A stretch of DNA of 64,000 nt from an uncultured Pseudomonadota bacterium (GTDB lineage: Bacteria; Vulcanimicrobiota; Vulcanimicrobiia; Eremiobacterales; Eremiobacteraceae), in the NCBI GenBank assembly GCA_963736005.1, contig CAVTNB010000001.1:1152001-1216000 (forward strand), in the 5' to 3' direction. The position numbers and the translations under genes are program-made. The notes beneath the pieces were generated by a model. It was not told the origin of the DNA. It saw only the letters and a program-made list of their open reading frames with translations, and made no database searches. This document shows, piece after piece, positions 19,114 through 28,720 of the stretch (the stretch's first letter is position 1; each line of letters opens with the position of its first letter).

Positions 19114-19824
19114 TTATTGGTTGAGGAGAAAGGTGTAGATCACCCGATACGTCTGCGTCGCTGGCTCGCCATTTACTTCCGGCGGGGCGTAGGTGCTCTG
19201 TTGCGCCGCTTGCATGGCGGCACGATCTAATGCTGCGTTCCCAGACGATTGCCACACCCGCACATCGCTTGGAACGCCATCGGGAGCGATCGTGACGAGA
19301 ACGATGACTGTCCCCTCAACTCCTTGGTTGATCGCCACTTCGGGGAAATTTGGTTCGACGCGATTGATGAATCGCGCGCTGATAATGATGTCGCGGGCGT
19401 CGATTGGAGTAGGCGAAGCCTGTGGCTCGGTTTCCTCTGCACTGGTTTGCTCAGGCAGCGGCGCTTGCACACCACTGTGGGCGACGGGTGCCACAGCCAG
19501 TGGATAAACAGTCGTGGATGGAACCGGTTTGATCGGGCTAGAACGCGGCTTTGCAGCACTCCGAACTGGTCGCGGCCTGGCTTGCGCTTTGGGTCGTGGG
19601 GTTGGCTTTTGAGTTGGTGTGGGAGTCGGACGAGGGGTCGGTACCCGTTCGATAACGATGGGCACCGCTGGCTGAGTAATCTCTTGGTGCGCCCAGGGAG
19701 CGTGGATCGTTCCGCCAAGCGCAAAGTGTAAGATTGCCGACACAAAGACGAAGATAACGGTGACGAGTGCGATCGACTGGCGATCGGACTTCGAAGATGG
19801 AGCACGCTGGCGCGTTGTCTTCAT
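19114..19824 (-). CDS. tonB: Energy transducer TonB family protein
   Basis: N-terminal TM with SxxxH (VSAILH); Pro/Thr-rich linker; TonB_C (PNFPEVA...EGTVIV...SSGNAALDRAA). Confidence 0.85.
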   Translation of the reverse strand: MKTTRQRAPSSKSDRQSIALVTVIFVFVSAILHFALGGTIHAPWAHQEITQPAVPIVIERVPTPRPTPTPTQKPTPRPKAQARPRPVRSAAKPRSSPIKPVPSTTVYPLAVAPVAHSGVQAPLPEQTSAEETEPQASPTPIDARDIIISARFINRVEPNFPEVAINQGVEGTVIVLVTIAPDGVPSDVRVWQSSGNAALDRAAMQAAQQSTYAPPEVNGEPATQTYRVIYTFLLNQ

Positions 19825-19862
19825 GGTTACCCGCGGCCGCGGGTGTTTCGGATAAAAATTCA

Positions 19863-19890
19863 GGTCGCGAATGAATTCGCGACCCTACAT
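19863..19890 (-). repeat. GTAG-tagged REP palindrome family C
   Basis: GGTCGCGAAT-GA-ATTCGCGACC followed by CTACAT. Confidence 0.75.
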
Positions 19891-19895
19891 TATCT

Positions 19896-20624
19896 CTATT
19901 CCAGTTGGAAGTCGTATTCGATTTTGTACTGGCGCGTCGTCGCAACGCCGTTAATCGTCGGCGGTCGAAACGTGCTCGCCTCTGCGGCCGACAGAGCCGA
20001 CTTATCCAAAAGCGCATTGCCTGAAGATTGCGCGATGGAAGCCGCCACCACATTGCCTTGCGGCCCAATCGTGACCAAGACAATAACGGTTCCTTGGATG
20101 TTCTGCTCTTTCACCACGTCCGGGTAGTCGGGCGTCACTTTGTGGATGAAGTCCGAATCTTGGATCACCTCCGGGCCTGCTTGCGGAGGCGGGGTCGCAG
20201 CGGGTGCGACGGTCGGTGCTGCGGTGGGCACACCTTCCGGAGCGCCTGTCGCTGGCGCGACGTATGCTGCTTCTGGCGTCCCTTGGCCACCCTGGCTCAA
20301 CGAGTGAGTGACGTGCAGCTTCAGCGGCGGCGGCGTGTTCTTCTCTGGTGGGGGCGTCGGCGTCGGGGGCGGAGTGGGCGTCGGCTTTGGCGTTGGCGTG
20401 GGCTTGGGCGGTGGCTTAAAATGCATCACCGTGACCATGTGCGGCGGCGGCGTCGCTAGTTCTTTGAAGTGCGGGACTACATTTTCTCCCCACGCGCCAA
20501 GAACGAAGTGTAAGACAACGGAAAAGGTGATGAACGTCAGCGACAGCCCAACGACAGCATAGCGATCTTTTTTGGTAAAGAGCGCTGGAACTGTATGCTG
20601 CTTCGGCGGTTGGTTAGTTGCCAT
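19896..20624 (-). CDS. tonB: Energy transducer TonB family protein
   Basis: TM with SVVLH; KPTPTP repeats; TonB_C (PDYPDVV...QGTVIV...SSGNALLDKSA). Confidence 0.88.
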   Translation of the reverse strand: MATNQPPKQHTVPALFTKKDRYAVVGLSLTFITFSVVLHFVLGAWGENVVPHFKELATPPPHMVTVMHFKPPPKPTPTPKPTPTPPPTPTPPPEKNTPPPLKLHVTHSLSQGGQGTPEAAYVAPATGAPEGVPTAAPTVAPAATPPPQAGPEVIQDSDFIHKVTPDYPDVVKEQNIQGTVIVLVTIGPQGNVVAASIAQSSGNALLDKSALSAAEASTFRPPTINGVATTRQYKIEYDFQLE

Positions 20625-20630
20625 GTTCTC

Positions 20631-21071
20631 CTACTGGCCCGACGCGTTAGGGGCAGCGCCTTGGATCTTGTTCGCCAGACCGAATTGCGAGAAGCCGGCT
20701 CTCTTCGCCGCGTCCATCACCGTGAGCACGGTGCCATACTTTACCGTAGGCGCCGCCTTGATGATAATGTCATCGGCCGCTCCGAACTGCTCGTGGTACG
20801 CTACCATATGGTCGTAAATTTCCAGCTTTGGAATGATCTCGGCGCCAACCTGAATCGTGTCTTGATTGGACTTCGGATCGTGCCCGATGATCATGACGAG
20901 TGGGGAGTTTGTCACCTTAATGCGATTCTTTGCTTCGGGCACGGGCGGGGGTTTCAATAACGACGTCAAGATCATGAAGATGATGAGCAGCACCAACAGC
21001 ACGTCCGTGAACGGCGTGATATTGATGGTGGACATGACCTCTTCTTCCGGCTGCGATCCAATGACTGACAT
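20631..21071 (-). CDS. exbD: Biopolymer transporter ExbD/TolR
   Basis: INITPFTDVLLVLLIIFM (conserved Asp); YGTVLTVMDAAKRAG. Confidence 0.9.
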   Translation of the reverse strand: MSVIGSQPEEEVMSTINITPFTDVLLVLLIIFMILTSLLKPPPVPEAKNRIKVTNSPLVMIIGHDPKSNQDTIQVGAEIIPKLEIYDHMVAYHEQFGAADDIIIKAAPTVKYGTVLTVMDAAKRAGFSQFGLANKIQGAAPNASGQ

Positions 21072-21089
21072 GCTGTGTGCGCGCCCTCT

Positions 21090-21527
21090 CTACTCGGTCA
21101 CGAAACCGACGTCATCATCGCCAGCCGCCCGCGCTGCATCCAGAATCTTGATGATCGTGTTGTAGCTTGCGTCTTGGTCGGCGAGCAGCGACACGTGTGT
21201 CGTGTACCCTTGGTTGGCATGCCTTTGATGGTACGAAATTGTGTTGGCCATATCGTTATACAGATCTGCCATCGCAACTGGCTTGCTGTCGATGTAAATG
21301 CTGTTCTTTGCGGTGACTTCCACTTCGATTTGGTGCTGCAGCTGGCTCTTCGTGATATTCTGCGGAGCCGTGTTCTTCTTGGGCAGCTGTTTTTGGAACC
21401 CGGGAGGCGCCGCCAGCGCCGCCAGGATCATGAAGATGATGAGCAAGACCAACAAGACGTCCGTAAACGGCGTAATGTTGATCTCCGCCATCACGTCTGT
21501 GTCTTGCTTGGATGAGGTCATTCCCAT
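21090..21527 (-). CDS. exbD: Biopolymer transporter ExbD/TolR
   Basis: AEINITPFTDVLLVLLIIFM; ADQDASY..IIKILDAARAAG. Confidence 0.9.
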   Translation of the reverse strand: MGMTSSKQDTDVMAEINITPFTDVLLVLLIIFMILAALAAPPGFQKQLPKKNTAPQNITKSQLQHQIEVEVTAKNSIYIDSKPVAMADLYNDMANTISYHQRHANQGYTTHVSLLADQDASYNTIIKILDAARAAGDDDVGFVTE

Positions 21528-21590
21528 GGTTCGGTCGCCTCGTGCTCTTCTCTAAATACGCTCGCTCAGGTTCGATGGATCACAGCGCAG

Positions 21591-21623
21591 GCAGCGAGGC
21601 GGCCCGAAAGGAGCCGCCGCTGC
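21591..21623. other. GC-rich intercistronic hairpin between exbB and exbD
   Basis: GCAGCG-A-GGCGGC-CCGAAAGG-A-GCCGCC-GCTGC; no U-tract. Confidence 0.4.
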
Positions 21624-21640
21624 ATTGACTGGCGCAAGCC

Positions 21641-22354
21641 TTAGCCGCCGGCCGGACCGCTTGGCCGCGGTGCCGGAGCGCCGATCTGGGCTTTGCGCGG
21701 CGTGTAGAGCTCGGTCGGGATTGGCGCGCCGGCATTGTGGAACGCCAGCATCTCGGCGAGCTTGTTTGCCGCAACGATCATCTCTTGGTTATATGCCTTG
21801 ATACGCGATTTGAAATAGTTGAAGAATACCACCGCGCAGACCGCAACCGCCAAGCCAGCCGCCGTGGTCACCAACGCCTCGGCGACACCCGCAGCAACGA
21901 CCGCGGGGGTCGAGTTGCCTTTAAGCGCGATGTCGTTGAAGGCTCGGATGATGCCGAGCACCGTTCCGAAGAGACCCACAAACGGCGCGATAACGGCGAC
22001 CGTACCGATGATCGAGAGGTTCGCCTCGAGCGCATTGAGCTGCTCGAGCAGCGAGATCGAGAGCGCATCCGAGATGTCGGCGCGGCTCTTCTCGTGCCGG
22101 TAGAGGCCGAACTGGAGAATCTTTGGGAGCATGCCCTTGTGCCGATCGCACACGGCGATGGCACCGTTCATGTCATCCTTGGAAACGCGGTCGCCGATCT
22201 CTTTGAGCAGTTGATTTGGATCCGAATGCTGCTTCGAGAAAAAGTACAACCGTTCGAAAACGATACCCACCGAAACGACGGAGAGCAGCAACAGGGCGTA
22301 CATGGCCGGTCCGCCCCGATTTAGGAAGTCAACGAATGCACCAAAAAAATCCAT
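21641..22354 (-). CDS. exbB: MotA/TolQ/ExbB proton channel protein
   Basis: APFVGLFGTVLGIIRAF; GVAEALVTTAAGLAVA. Confidence 0.93.
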   Translation of the reverse strand: MDFFGAFVDFLNRGGPAMYALLLLSVVSVGIVFERLYFFSKQHSDPNQLLKEIGDRVSKDDMNGAIAVCDRHKGMLPKILQFGLYRHEKSRADISDALSISLLEQLNALEANLSIIGTVAVIAPFVGLFGTVLGIIRAFNDIALKGNSTPAVVAAGVAEALVTTAAGLAVAVCAVVFFNYFKSRIKAYNQEMIVAANKLAEMLAFHNAGAPIPTELYTPRKAQIGAPAPRPSGPAGG

Positions 22355-22518
22355 TGGTGTTTTTTCCCCTTAATGAGATGATTGGCGAACGATGCTGTAA
22401 GTTTACGCCTCATCCGTGAATAAAGAGGGCGGGCTCGATTCGCCCGTCCGAGTGGCGAATCCGGTTACACGCCACTCTTGGTGATTCCTACTGCAACTTC
22501 TGCCATGGGTCATAACTC

Positions 22519-24167
22519 CTAGCCGCCACCCGACCCGGGCTGATTGGTTTTCTCGTTAACGCCTGAGCCGTTCATAAGGCTGTTGTCCTTACCATTAAGT
22601 TGCGTCCACTGCTTGTCGACGGTTTGCATTGCGTTCTGGTCATTCTTGGCCTTGAAGAGGCTAAAGGCTTGTCGCAATGCGGAATTGGCCTGGTCTTTCT
22701 TGTTTTGGTCCGCGTAGGCGATGCCAAGAGAGTACCAGCCCCAGCCGTAGTTTGGGTCCAACTTGGTGGCGGTCTCAGCATAACGTTGGGCGTCGGCGCT
22801 GTGGTCTGCCTTGTCGGTTGTCTGGCTGAGCAGCAACTGCGCGATCGAGGAGTTGTAAGCGGCGGCGTTCGCGGGTGCCAAGGAGATGGCTTTTTGGAGC
22901 GGGGCATCGATGTTCTTAATGTCACCTTGCGCCGCCGGGAGTTCGGCCAGCCCGAAAGCCGCGTCCGCATTGTTTGGACTGATTTGCAGCGCCTTTTGGT
23001 AAGCGGTTTGTGCGGCCGTGAAGTTCTTTTGACGGGTGTAGATGTCGCCGATGTTAATTTGGGCTTGAGCGTTGGTCGGCTGCACTTGCGCAAGTTGGAG
23101 CAGCGGATTGAGCGCCGCACTTAGATTGCCTTGATTAATGTAGTAACTGGCAAGATATTGATACGCATATGGCGCTTTCGGGTCGGTCGTTTCTGCCTGG
23201 TTCAACGCTTGCAGTCCGCCAGCGGTGTTGCCCGAATAGAGAAGGGCATTTCCGAGCGAGGCATAGAGTCGCGACGTAATCATCGTATTCTTCTTGTCGT
23301 CGAGCTTCTCGGCCGCTTGGTAGTCGGCAAGTGCATCCGGTGATTTGGGATCGAGACCAATTTCGCAATCGCCTTTGAGCATGTGGTATTGCATTTCGCT
23401 AGGGCTTAAGGTCGCAGCCTTCGTCGCGTAGGGCAGACACTCGCTGTACTGCTGGGCGGCCATCAAATTGAATGCATAGTCTCCATATGCGGCCGCAACC
23501 ACACGAGGAGGAACCACTCCCGCCTTGAGCTTCAAGGCCTGCTCGTATGAATCGACCGACGTTTTGAGTTTTGTGGTTTCGTGGTTTGCCGCACCATCGG
23601 CATAGTATGCTTGTCCGCGCTTGGCCCATAGGCGCGGATCGCTTGGACCATTTGCACGCCCTCGTCTGCCAGGCTCTCAGCCTTTGCATAGTCGTTCCCG
23701 CTGAGCGCGGTATCAATGAGCGAGAGACGCGCGACGACGTTGTGAGGATCGGCGCTCAGCTGCTTGGTGAGATCGTTCTGCGCTGCAGTATTCTCTGACA
23801 GACCAGTTAAGGTGAACGCATAGCTGAAATCATAAAACGCAGTTGTCGGTTTGCCGTCTCTGGTTGCCGGTGAATAGGAAGAGAGTTTTGCTACCCGCAG
23901 CACTTCGTCGTCGAGGTCTTTGTGGCCGGAAGACTTGGCGATCATCATTTGTTTGACGCTGCCATCTTCGGCAATGAGGGCTTTGACGAAGACCACACCA
24001 GTCTCGTGTTTGGCACGGGCCGAATCTGGATAGTTCGGCTTGATCTGCACCTTGAACTTTGGTGGGTAAAAATATGAGGGTGCATCCGCTCTCGCTGCAG
24101 GCGCCAGCGCCGCGACGAGCACGAGGACGCCAAAAACAGCCGCTATTGTGCGCGCTACGTTTTGCAT
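22519..24167 (-). CDS. Secreted TonB_C-domain + TPR-repeat protein (single gene with a 1-nt deletion near 23646)
   Basis: Signal peptide MQNVAR...AARA; TonB_C (PNYPDSAR...SSGHKDLD); adding one C to GGTCCAAGC gives continuous VPSDPRLWAKRGQAYY...YEQALKLK joined to the TPR ORF 22519-23535. Confidence 0.82.
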
Positions 24168-24353
24168 GGTTCTCCTTACCTTGACCTTTGGTTGGGAATG
24201 TAGACCGTATTCCGGCCCCGGCGAGAATACCTGTTGTTCGAGGACCATTCGAAAATCTCTTACCCGCATTCCGAGAACGCATAACCCCCCGCAAGCGTTT
24301 CGAGCGCTCGAAGGCAGGACGGTCCTTTTAGTGCCGGGGTCGGGGAGATGCCG

Positions 24354-24402
24354 GTAGCGGACCTTTAGGTCCGCTTGTAGGGGCGATTGGAAAATCGCCC
24401 CT
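24354..24402 (+). repeat. Tandem REP family A + family B
   Basis: GTAGCGGACCTTTAGGTCCGCT then TGTAGGGGCGATTGGAAAATCGCCCCT. Confidence 0.8.
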
Positions 24403-24408
24403 CGCGGA

Positions 24409-25098
24409 TTATTCTCGCTCACCGCGGAGTCGGGCAAGTTCGCGCATTTCACCTTTGGTCAACCAACGCGTGCATCCAATCTTGAGGTTCCCAAGTTGAA
24501 TGGGCCCAAATTGGGTTCGCGTCAATGCCAGAACGCGCAATCCTTGGCGTGCGCACATGCGGCGCACCTGACGGTTGCGCCCCTCGCGCAGCGAAAGGTC
24601 GAATGTGCTCGAACCATCTGGGCGCGTTCGAACTGACCGAGCTCCCAAAGCTGCAATGGTCGGCGCGTCGAGCGTGCCCCGGACGATGGCGCGATACGTT
24701 CTCGGCACTTGGTTTTTCGGATTGAGAAGAAAGTTCGCAAGTTCGCCGTCACTTGTGCACAAGAGCAACCCGGTCGTCGCGGCATCGAGTCGACCCACAG
24801 GAAACAACCTCTTGCCCGCAGGCAGAAGGTCCGCCACGGTCTTGCGTCCGCGCTCATCTCGCATGGTTGTGACCACGCCCGAGGGCTTGTTGAGGACGAG
24901 TGTTACGTGTTCTTGACCTTCCTGAACGTTCACATGCCTGCCGTCGACGGTGACGGTAGCTACCGAAGGTTCGACCGTATCGCCGAGGTTAGCGCGGCGG
25001 CCATCAATTCGGACTTTGCCGGCGGCAATCAGCGCATCTGCCGCGCGGCGCGATCCCACACCGCAACTTGCAAGAAACTTGTTGAGTCTCACCTTCAA
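24409..25098 (-). CDS. rRNA pseudouridine synthase (RsuA/RluB family)
   Basis: S4 domain RLNKFLA..G..SRR; LNKP; PVGRLD; EGRNRQVRRM. Confidence 0.92.
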   Translation of the reverse strand: MKVRLNKFLASCGVGSRRAADALIAAGKVRIDGRRANLGDTVEPSVATVTVDGRHVNVQEGQEHVTLVLNKPSGVVTTMRDERGRKTVADLLPAGKRLFPVGRLDAATTGLLLCTSDGELANFLLNPKNQVPRTYRAIVRGTLDAPTIAALGARSVRTRPDGSSTFDLSLREGRNRQVRRMCARQGLRVLALTRTQFGPIQLGNLKIGCTRWLTKGEMRELARLRGERE

Positions 25099-26120
25099 AG
25101 CTTGATAGCGTTCGGCGCGTTTTTGTAGGCTTCGTTCGGTTCGAGAATGACGAGATTACCCGGGTAGTCGATATACACGTTGAACAGCCGCAGGAAATCA
25201 TACCCGATCAGACCGTCTAGCCGTTTGGTCGCAAAGCAGCTGCTCTGCGGCACGGACCAGACAACCCAATTCTTCACGCCCACGTTCTCTACCCGAACCT
25301 GGTCGACTGAATAAGGAGTCATCTCGATGTGGCCGCACAGCGGCCAAAAGAATCGATAGTACGAAGCCTGGGTGTCGTGGCTCAGCTCCTGATACGAGGT
25401 AAAAGCGTGCGGATTGCCGAGCACGAGTCGCGGAAAGACAGCAAACGCCGTCGCGCCTGTATCGATAACGAACGAGCCCCCGGTGGCTGCTCCGACCATT
25501 GCGGAGACAAGGGGTATCCTGTCCTCGGGATAGAGCGAGTACCGCATTGCCGGTTGAGGTGCGTGAAAAGCGGCCGGATCGATGATATGCACCTGCTGGT
25601 GATCGTAGTCGATCTTCACGACCGCCGCCTTCAGAAAATCGTAACCGAGCACGCCGACGATGAGGTTTCCATCCTCGTCGCGGCGGAAAAAGGAGCCTTT
25701 GTTGACCGGCAACCCGCGCATGGTTGCGCCGCCAAACTGAACTGTAGTGATCGTCGCGCTGCCGTCGTCTGCCTGCTGGAGAGCGATGGCGTTAAACACG
25801 GAGTTATCAAGCATGTTGCGGTCCATGCCGGTATCGAGCGTGAGATCCAAGCCACGCCCGTTGACGGTCATGCGAATCGCTATCTCGCCCGTCGTCGAGA
25901 AGCGGGTTGGAATTGTGAGATCTGTGACGCCGGGTGGAAACACCCATGTGGCAGCGGGAGGAGTTGCAGCAGGCGGAGGCTGCGCCGCAGCAGCTTCGGC
26001 CATCGTAAGACCCAGCATGACGAGAACAAAAAGTGGTCTTGCGAATTTATTCGCAACTAAATGTGGTCTTGCGAATTTATTCGCAATTGAATGTAGTCTC
26101 GCGAATTTATTCGCGAGCAT
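25095..26120 (-). CDS. Secreted retropepsin-like aspartyl protease with two DTG domains
   Basis: LTLDTG...GVLGYDFL and FVIDTG...DGLIGYDFL; signal peptide. Confidence 0.85.
   Translation of the reverse strand: MLANKFARLHSIANKFARPHLVANKFARPLFVLVMLGLTMAEAAAAQPPPAATPPAATWVFPPGVTDLTIPTRFSTTGEIAIRMTVNGRGLDLTLDTGMDRNMLDNSVFNAIALQQADDGSATITTVQFGGATMRGLPVNKGSFFRRDEDGNLIVGVLGYDFLKAAVVKIDYDHQQVHIIDPAAFHAPQPAMRYSLYPEDRIPLVSAMVGAATGGSFVIDTGATAFAVFPRLVLGNPHAFTSYQELSHDTQASYYRFFWPLCGHIEMTPYSVDQVRVENVGVKNWVVWSVPQSSCFATKRLDGLIGYDFLRLFNVYIDYPGNLVILEPNEAYKNAPNAIKL
26033..26120 (+). repeat. Three tandem ~30-bp copies of REP family C
   Basis: GTGGTCTTGCGAATTTATTCGCAACTAAAT / GTGGTCTTGCGAATTTATTCGCAATTGAAT / GTAGTCTCGCGAATTTATTCGCGAGCAT. 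Confidence 0.9.
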
Positions 26121-26143
26121 TGCTCACCCCACGCGGCTCCGAG

Positions 26144-27739
26144 TTAGCGGTCTTGATCCGCGTTGGCGAGGGACATTGCTTCCTTGGTAACCGACTTGAG
26201 AAAATCTTCGTTGCTGTCGGTGCGGCGGAAGCGTTCCAAAATCAGTTCGGTCATCTCTTGAGTTCCCAGCACGGCAGTTGCGCGCCTCAGCATGACAACT
26301 TTGCGCAGTTCGATTTCACTGAGCAACAGTTCTTCATGCCGCGTTCCGGACCGTTTGATGTCGACGGCGGGGAAAATGCGGCTATCTGCGAGCTTGCGCA
26401 CGAGGTTAATTTCCATATTGCCCGTGCCTTTGAACTCTTCGAAGATGACGTCATCCATTTTCGAGCCCGTCTCGATAAGAGCAGTGGCGACGATTGTGAG
26501 GCTGCCACCCTCTTCGATGTTGCGGGCCGCGCCGAAGAAACGCTTTGGTCGATGCAGCGCGCTCGTGTCCAAACCGCCTGAAAGAGTGCGGCCGGTTGAG
26601 GGCATGACTTGGTTCCAAGCGCGGGCGAGCCGCGTGATGGAGTCGAGCAGAATCACGACGTCATGGCCGAGTTCGACCAACCGCTTGCAACGCTCGAGTG
26701 TGAGCTCGGCAACTGCGGTGTGATTCTCGGGATGCTCATCGAAGGTGGAGGAGATAACCTCGCCTTCGATCGAGCGGCGCATGTCGGTGACTTCTTCTGG
26801 TCGCTCGTCGACGAGCAGCGCAAAGAGGTCGCATTCGGGATGATTCGCCGCAATGGCGTTGGCGATTTTCTTGAGCAGCGTTGTCTTTCCGGCTTTGGGC
26901 GGCGACACAATGAGTGCCCGCTGCCCCTTCCCGATAGGACAGAACAGATCGAAGACGCGGCCGCACATTTCGAGCGGCGAGGTTTCCATCTTCAGTCGCG
27001 AGTCTGGATAAACCGGGACGAGCTTGTCGAAGTGTCCGCGCCCGCGAAGCGCCTCTGGGTCTTGGCCATTGACGGCTTCAACTTTGAGGATGCCGTGATA
27101 CTTTTCGTTATCTTTGGGGTCGCGAATCTGGCCGGCGATAAGATCGCCCGTGCGCAATTCGAACCGACGGATTTGGGATTGTGAAATGTACACGTCATGC
27201 GGACCGGGGCGCATGTTCTCGCGCCGTAAGAAGCCATAGCCCTCAGGCAAAATCTCCAAGACGCCGGTGGCAAAATTTAGGCCAGCGGCTTTGGCTTGGG
27301 CTTCTAAGATGGGGAACACGAGATCTTGTTTTTTGATGCGCTGAAGTTCTTTGATACCGAGGGTCTTTGCGAGATCGACGAGCTCACCGCGCGTCTTGTC
27401 CTCTAATTCCTTGACGGAGAGAATCGGTACGGTTTCGCCGTCTTTGTTTTGATAACTCTTGGGCGCCGGCTGCTCGCGCTCTTGGTAATTGCGAGCGGGG
27501 TAAACCCGCTGCACCCGGTCGGTGCGATTGCCTCGCTCGAACCGGCCACCTCGGTCGTAACGCTCGGGACGGTCACCGCGATCGTATCGTTCGGGGCGGT
27601 CCCCACCCGGATTGCGAGGGGGATACGGACCGGGAGGCCCGTTTCGTTCTCTGCCGCGAGGTCGGGGCGGTGGGGAGGACGAGGACTCGGTTTCGTCTAG
27701 GGATTGAGATTGAGGTTGATAATCGTTATCTTCTTGCAC
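26144..27739 (-). CDS. rho: Transcription termination factor Rho with N-terminal low-complexity extension
   Basis: [56 protein letters not shown]. Confidence 0.97.
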   Translation of the reverse strand: MQEDNDYQPQSQSLDETESSSSPPPRPRGRERNGPPGPYPPRNPGGDRPERYDRGDRPERYDRGGRFERGNRTDRVQRVYPARNYQEREQPAPKSYQNKDGETVPILSVKELEDKTRGELVDLAKTLGIKELQRIKKQDLVFPILEAQAKAAGLNFATGVLEILPEGYGFLRRENMRPGPHDVYISQSQIRRFELRTGDLIAGQIRDPKDNEKYHGILKVEAVNGQDPEALRGRGHFDKLVPVYPDSRLKMETSPLEMCGRVFDLFCPIGKGQRALIVSPPKAGKTTLLKKIANAIAANHPECDLFALLVDERPEEVTDMRRSIEGEVISSTFDEHPENHTAVAELTLERCKRLVELGHDVVILLDSITRLARAWNQVMPSTGRTLSGGLDTSALHRPKRFFGAARNIEEGGSLTIVATALIETGSKMDDVIFEEFKGTGNMEINLVRKLADSRIFPAVDIKRSGTRHEELLLSEIELRKVVMLRRATAVLGTQEMTELILERFRRTDSNEDFLKSVTKEAMSLANADQDR

Positions 27740-27880
27740 GCTTTTATTTGCCTATCGATGAATGACAACACATATTGATAAGACGACGACGTTGTCGTGA
27801 TTGCTTTCAACGGTCATAACGGAGGGGTGATTTTTTAAGAAGCGGACTCGCAAGCTTGTGAGAGCGAGCGCGCTGCCGCT

Positions 27881-27910
27881 ACTATATCACAGCGGGCCGA
27901 GCGTCGTCAA
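27881..27910 (-). promoter_or_regulatory. Sigma70-type promoter of rho
   Basis: Minus strand TTGACG-18 nt-TATAGT with extended TG; about 135-nt leader. Confidence 0.55.
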
Positions 27911-27936
27911 CGGACCGTTGTGTGCGCTTACCCTCA

Positions 27937-28644
27937 TTATCGGCTGGTCGCAGCCCTTCTTGAGCGCTGTTTGCGTCCTTTTTGAAAGGGCGATATGCTC
28001 GGGCTATTCGGATCGTAAAAGCGCAACGGCCACGTCTGCGCAACGGTTAACCCGATGCGTCCGCTGACAGCCACTTCGGGCGCAGCTCGGCGCGAGTTTG
28101 GTTCGATCCGAAGATCGCCCTCTTGTAGTCCCAGTCCGTCGCAGCGCAAATCGATCGACATTGCGCGACACAAATTTCCTGGTCCGCAGGTGAGCGCCTC
28201 GAGCTCGACCAGCGGGCCCCTTCGGTGGCGCATGGCCTCGATGCCGGACAGAGGCTCAAGAGCTCGGATCAGGACCGCAGCTCCAATGCCAGGTGGTTCG
28301 GTCGATACGTTGAGACAAAAATGCATACCATATATAAGGTAGACGTACGCAAAGCCCGGCCGCCCAAAAAGCGTTGCCGTGCGGCTAGTCGGACCGCGAT
28401 AGCCGTGACACGAAGGATCCACAAGGGGCAAATATGCCTCGGTTTCGACGATGCGCCCTGAGAGCAGTTCTCCAGCGTCGGGCTCACCCAACGGAATGCG
28501 ACGAAGCAGCGTAGCGCCGATGAGCCGGCGCGCCACGTCAACGGTTGGGCCAGAAAAAAACCCCTCAGACGTTCTGCTGTTCGGGCGAATATCAGTTCGC
28601 ACTTGACCGCTCGTTTCTGTTGCGTGATGATGGTGCGTAGCCAC
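27937..28644 (-). CDS. mpg: 3-methyladenine DNA glycosylase (Mpg/AAG family); start may be GTG at 28602
   Basis: GRIVETEAY; YVYLIYGMHFCLN; AVLIRALEP; GPGNLC; RIG. Confidence 0.93.
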   Translation of the reverse strand: MATHHHHATETSGQVRTDIRPNSRTSEGFFSGPTVDVARRLIGATLLRRIPLGEPDAGELLSGRIVETEAYLPLVDPSCHGYRGPTSRTATLFGRPGFAYVYLIYGMHFCLNVSTEPPGIGAAVLIRALEPLSGIEAMRHRRGPLVELEALTCGPGNLCRAMSIDLRCDGLGLQEGDLRIEPNSRRAAPEVAVSGRIGLTVAQTWPLRFYDPNSPSISPFQKGRKQRSRRAATSR

Positions 28645-28646
28645 CC

Positions 28647-28700
28647 ATGTAGTGGGCGACTGTGAAGTCGCCTATGTAGTGTCGCGAATTCATTCGCGAC
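28647..28700 (+). repeat. Tandem REP family D + family C between divergent genes
   Basis: ATGTAGTGGGCGACTGTGAAGTCGCCT then ATGTAGTGTCGCGAATTCATTCGCGAC. Confidence 0.8.
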
Positions 28701-28720
28701 TTTGCCTTGGAGTGTTTGTC

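Noticed and set aside
20330..20420. PT/KPTPTP low-complexity repeats
   Set aside because: Ordinary TonB proline-rich linker
22360..22518. Short ORF or riboswitch between the TPR gene and exbB (AGGAG-ATG, 36 codons; two hairpins)
   Set aside because: No recognisable peptide or aptamer motif; the hairpins could simply be a terminator/stabiliser
26033..26120. Possible mini CRISPR array
   Set aside because: Units are directly tandem with no unique 25-45 nt spacers, no cas genes are present, and the unit matches dispersed REP family C
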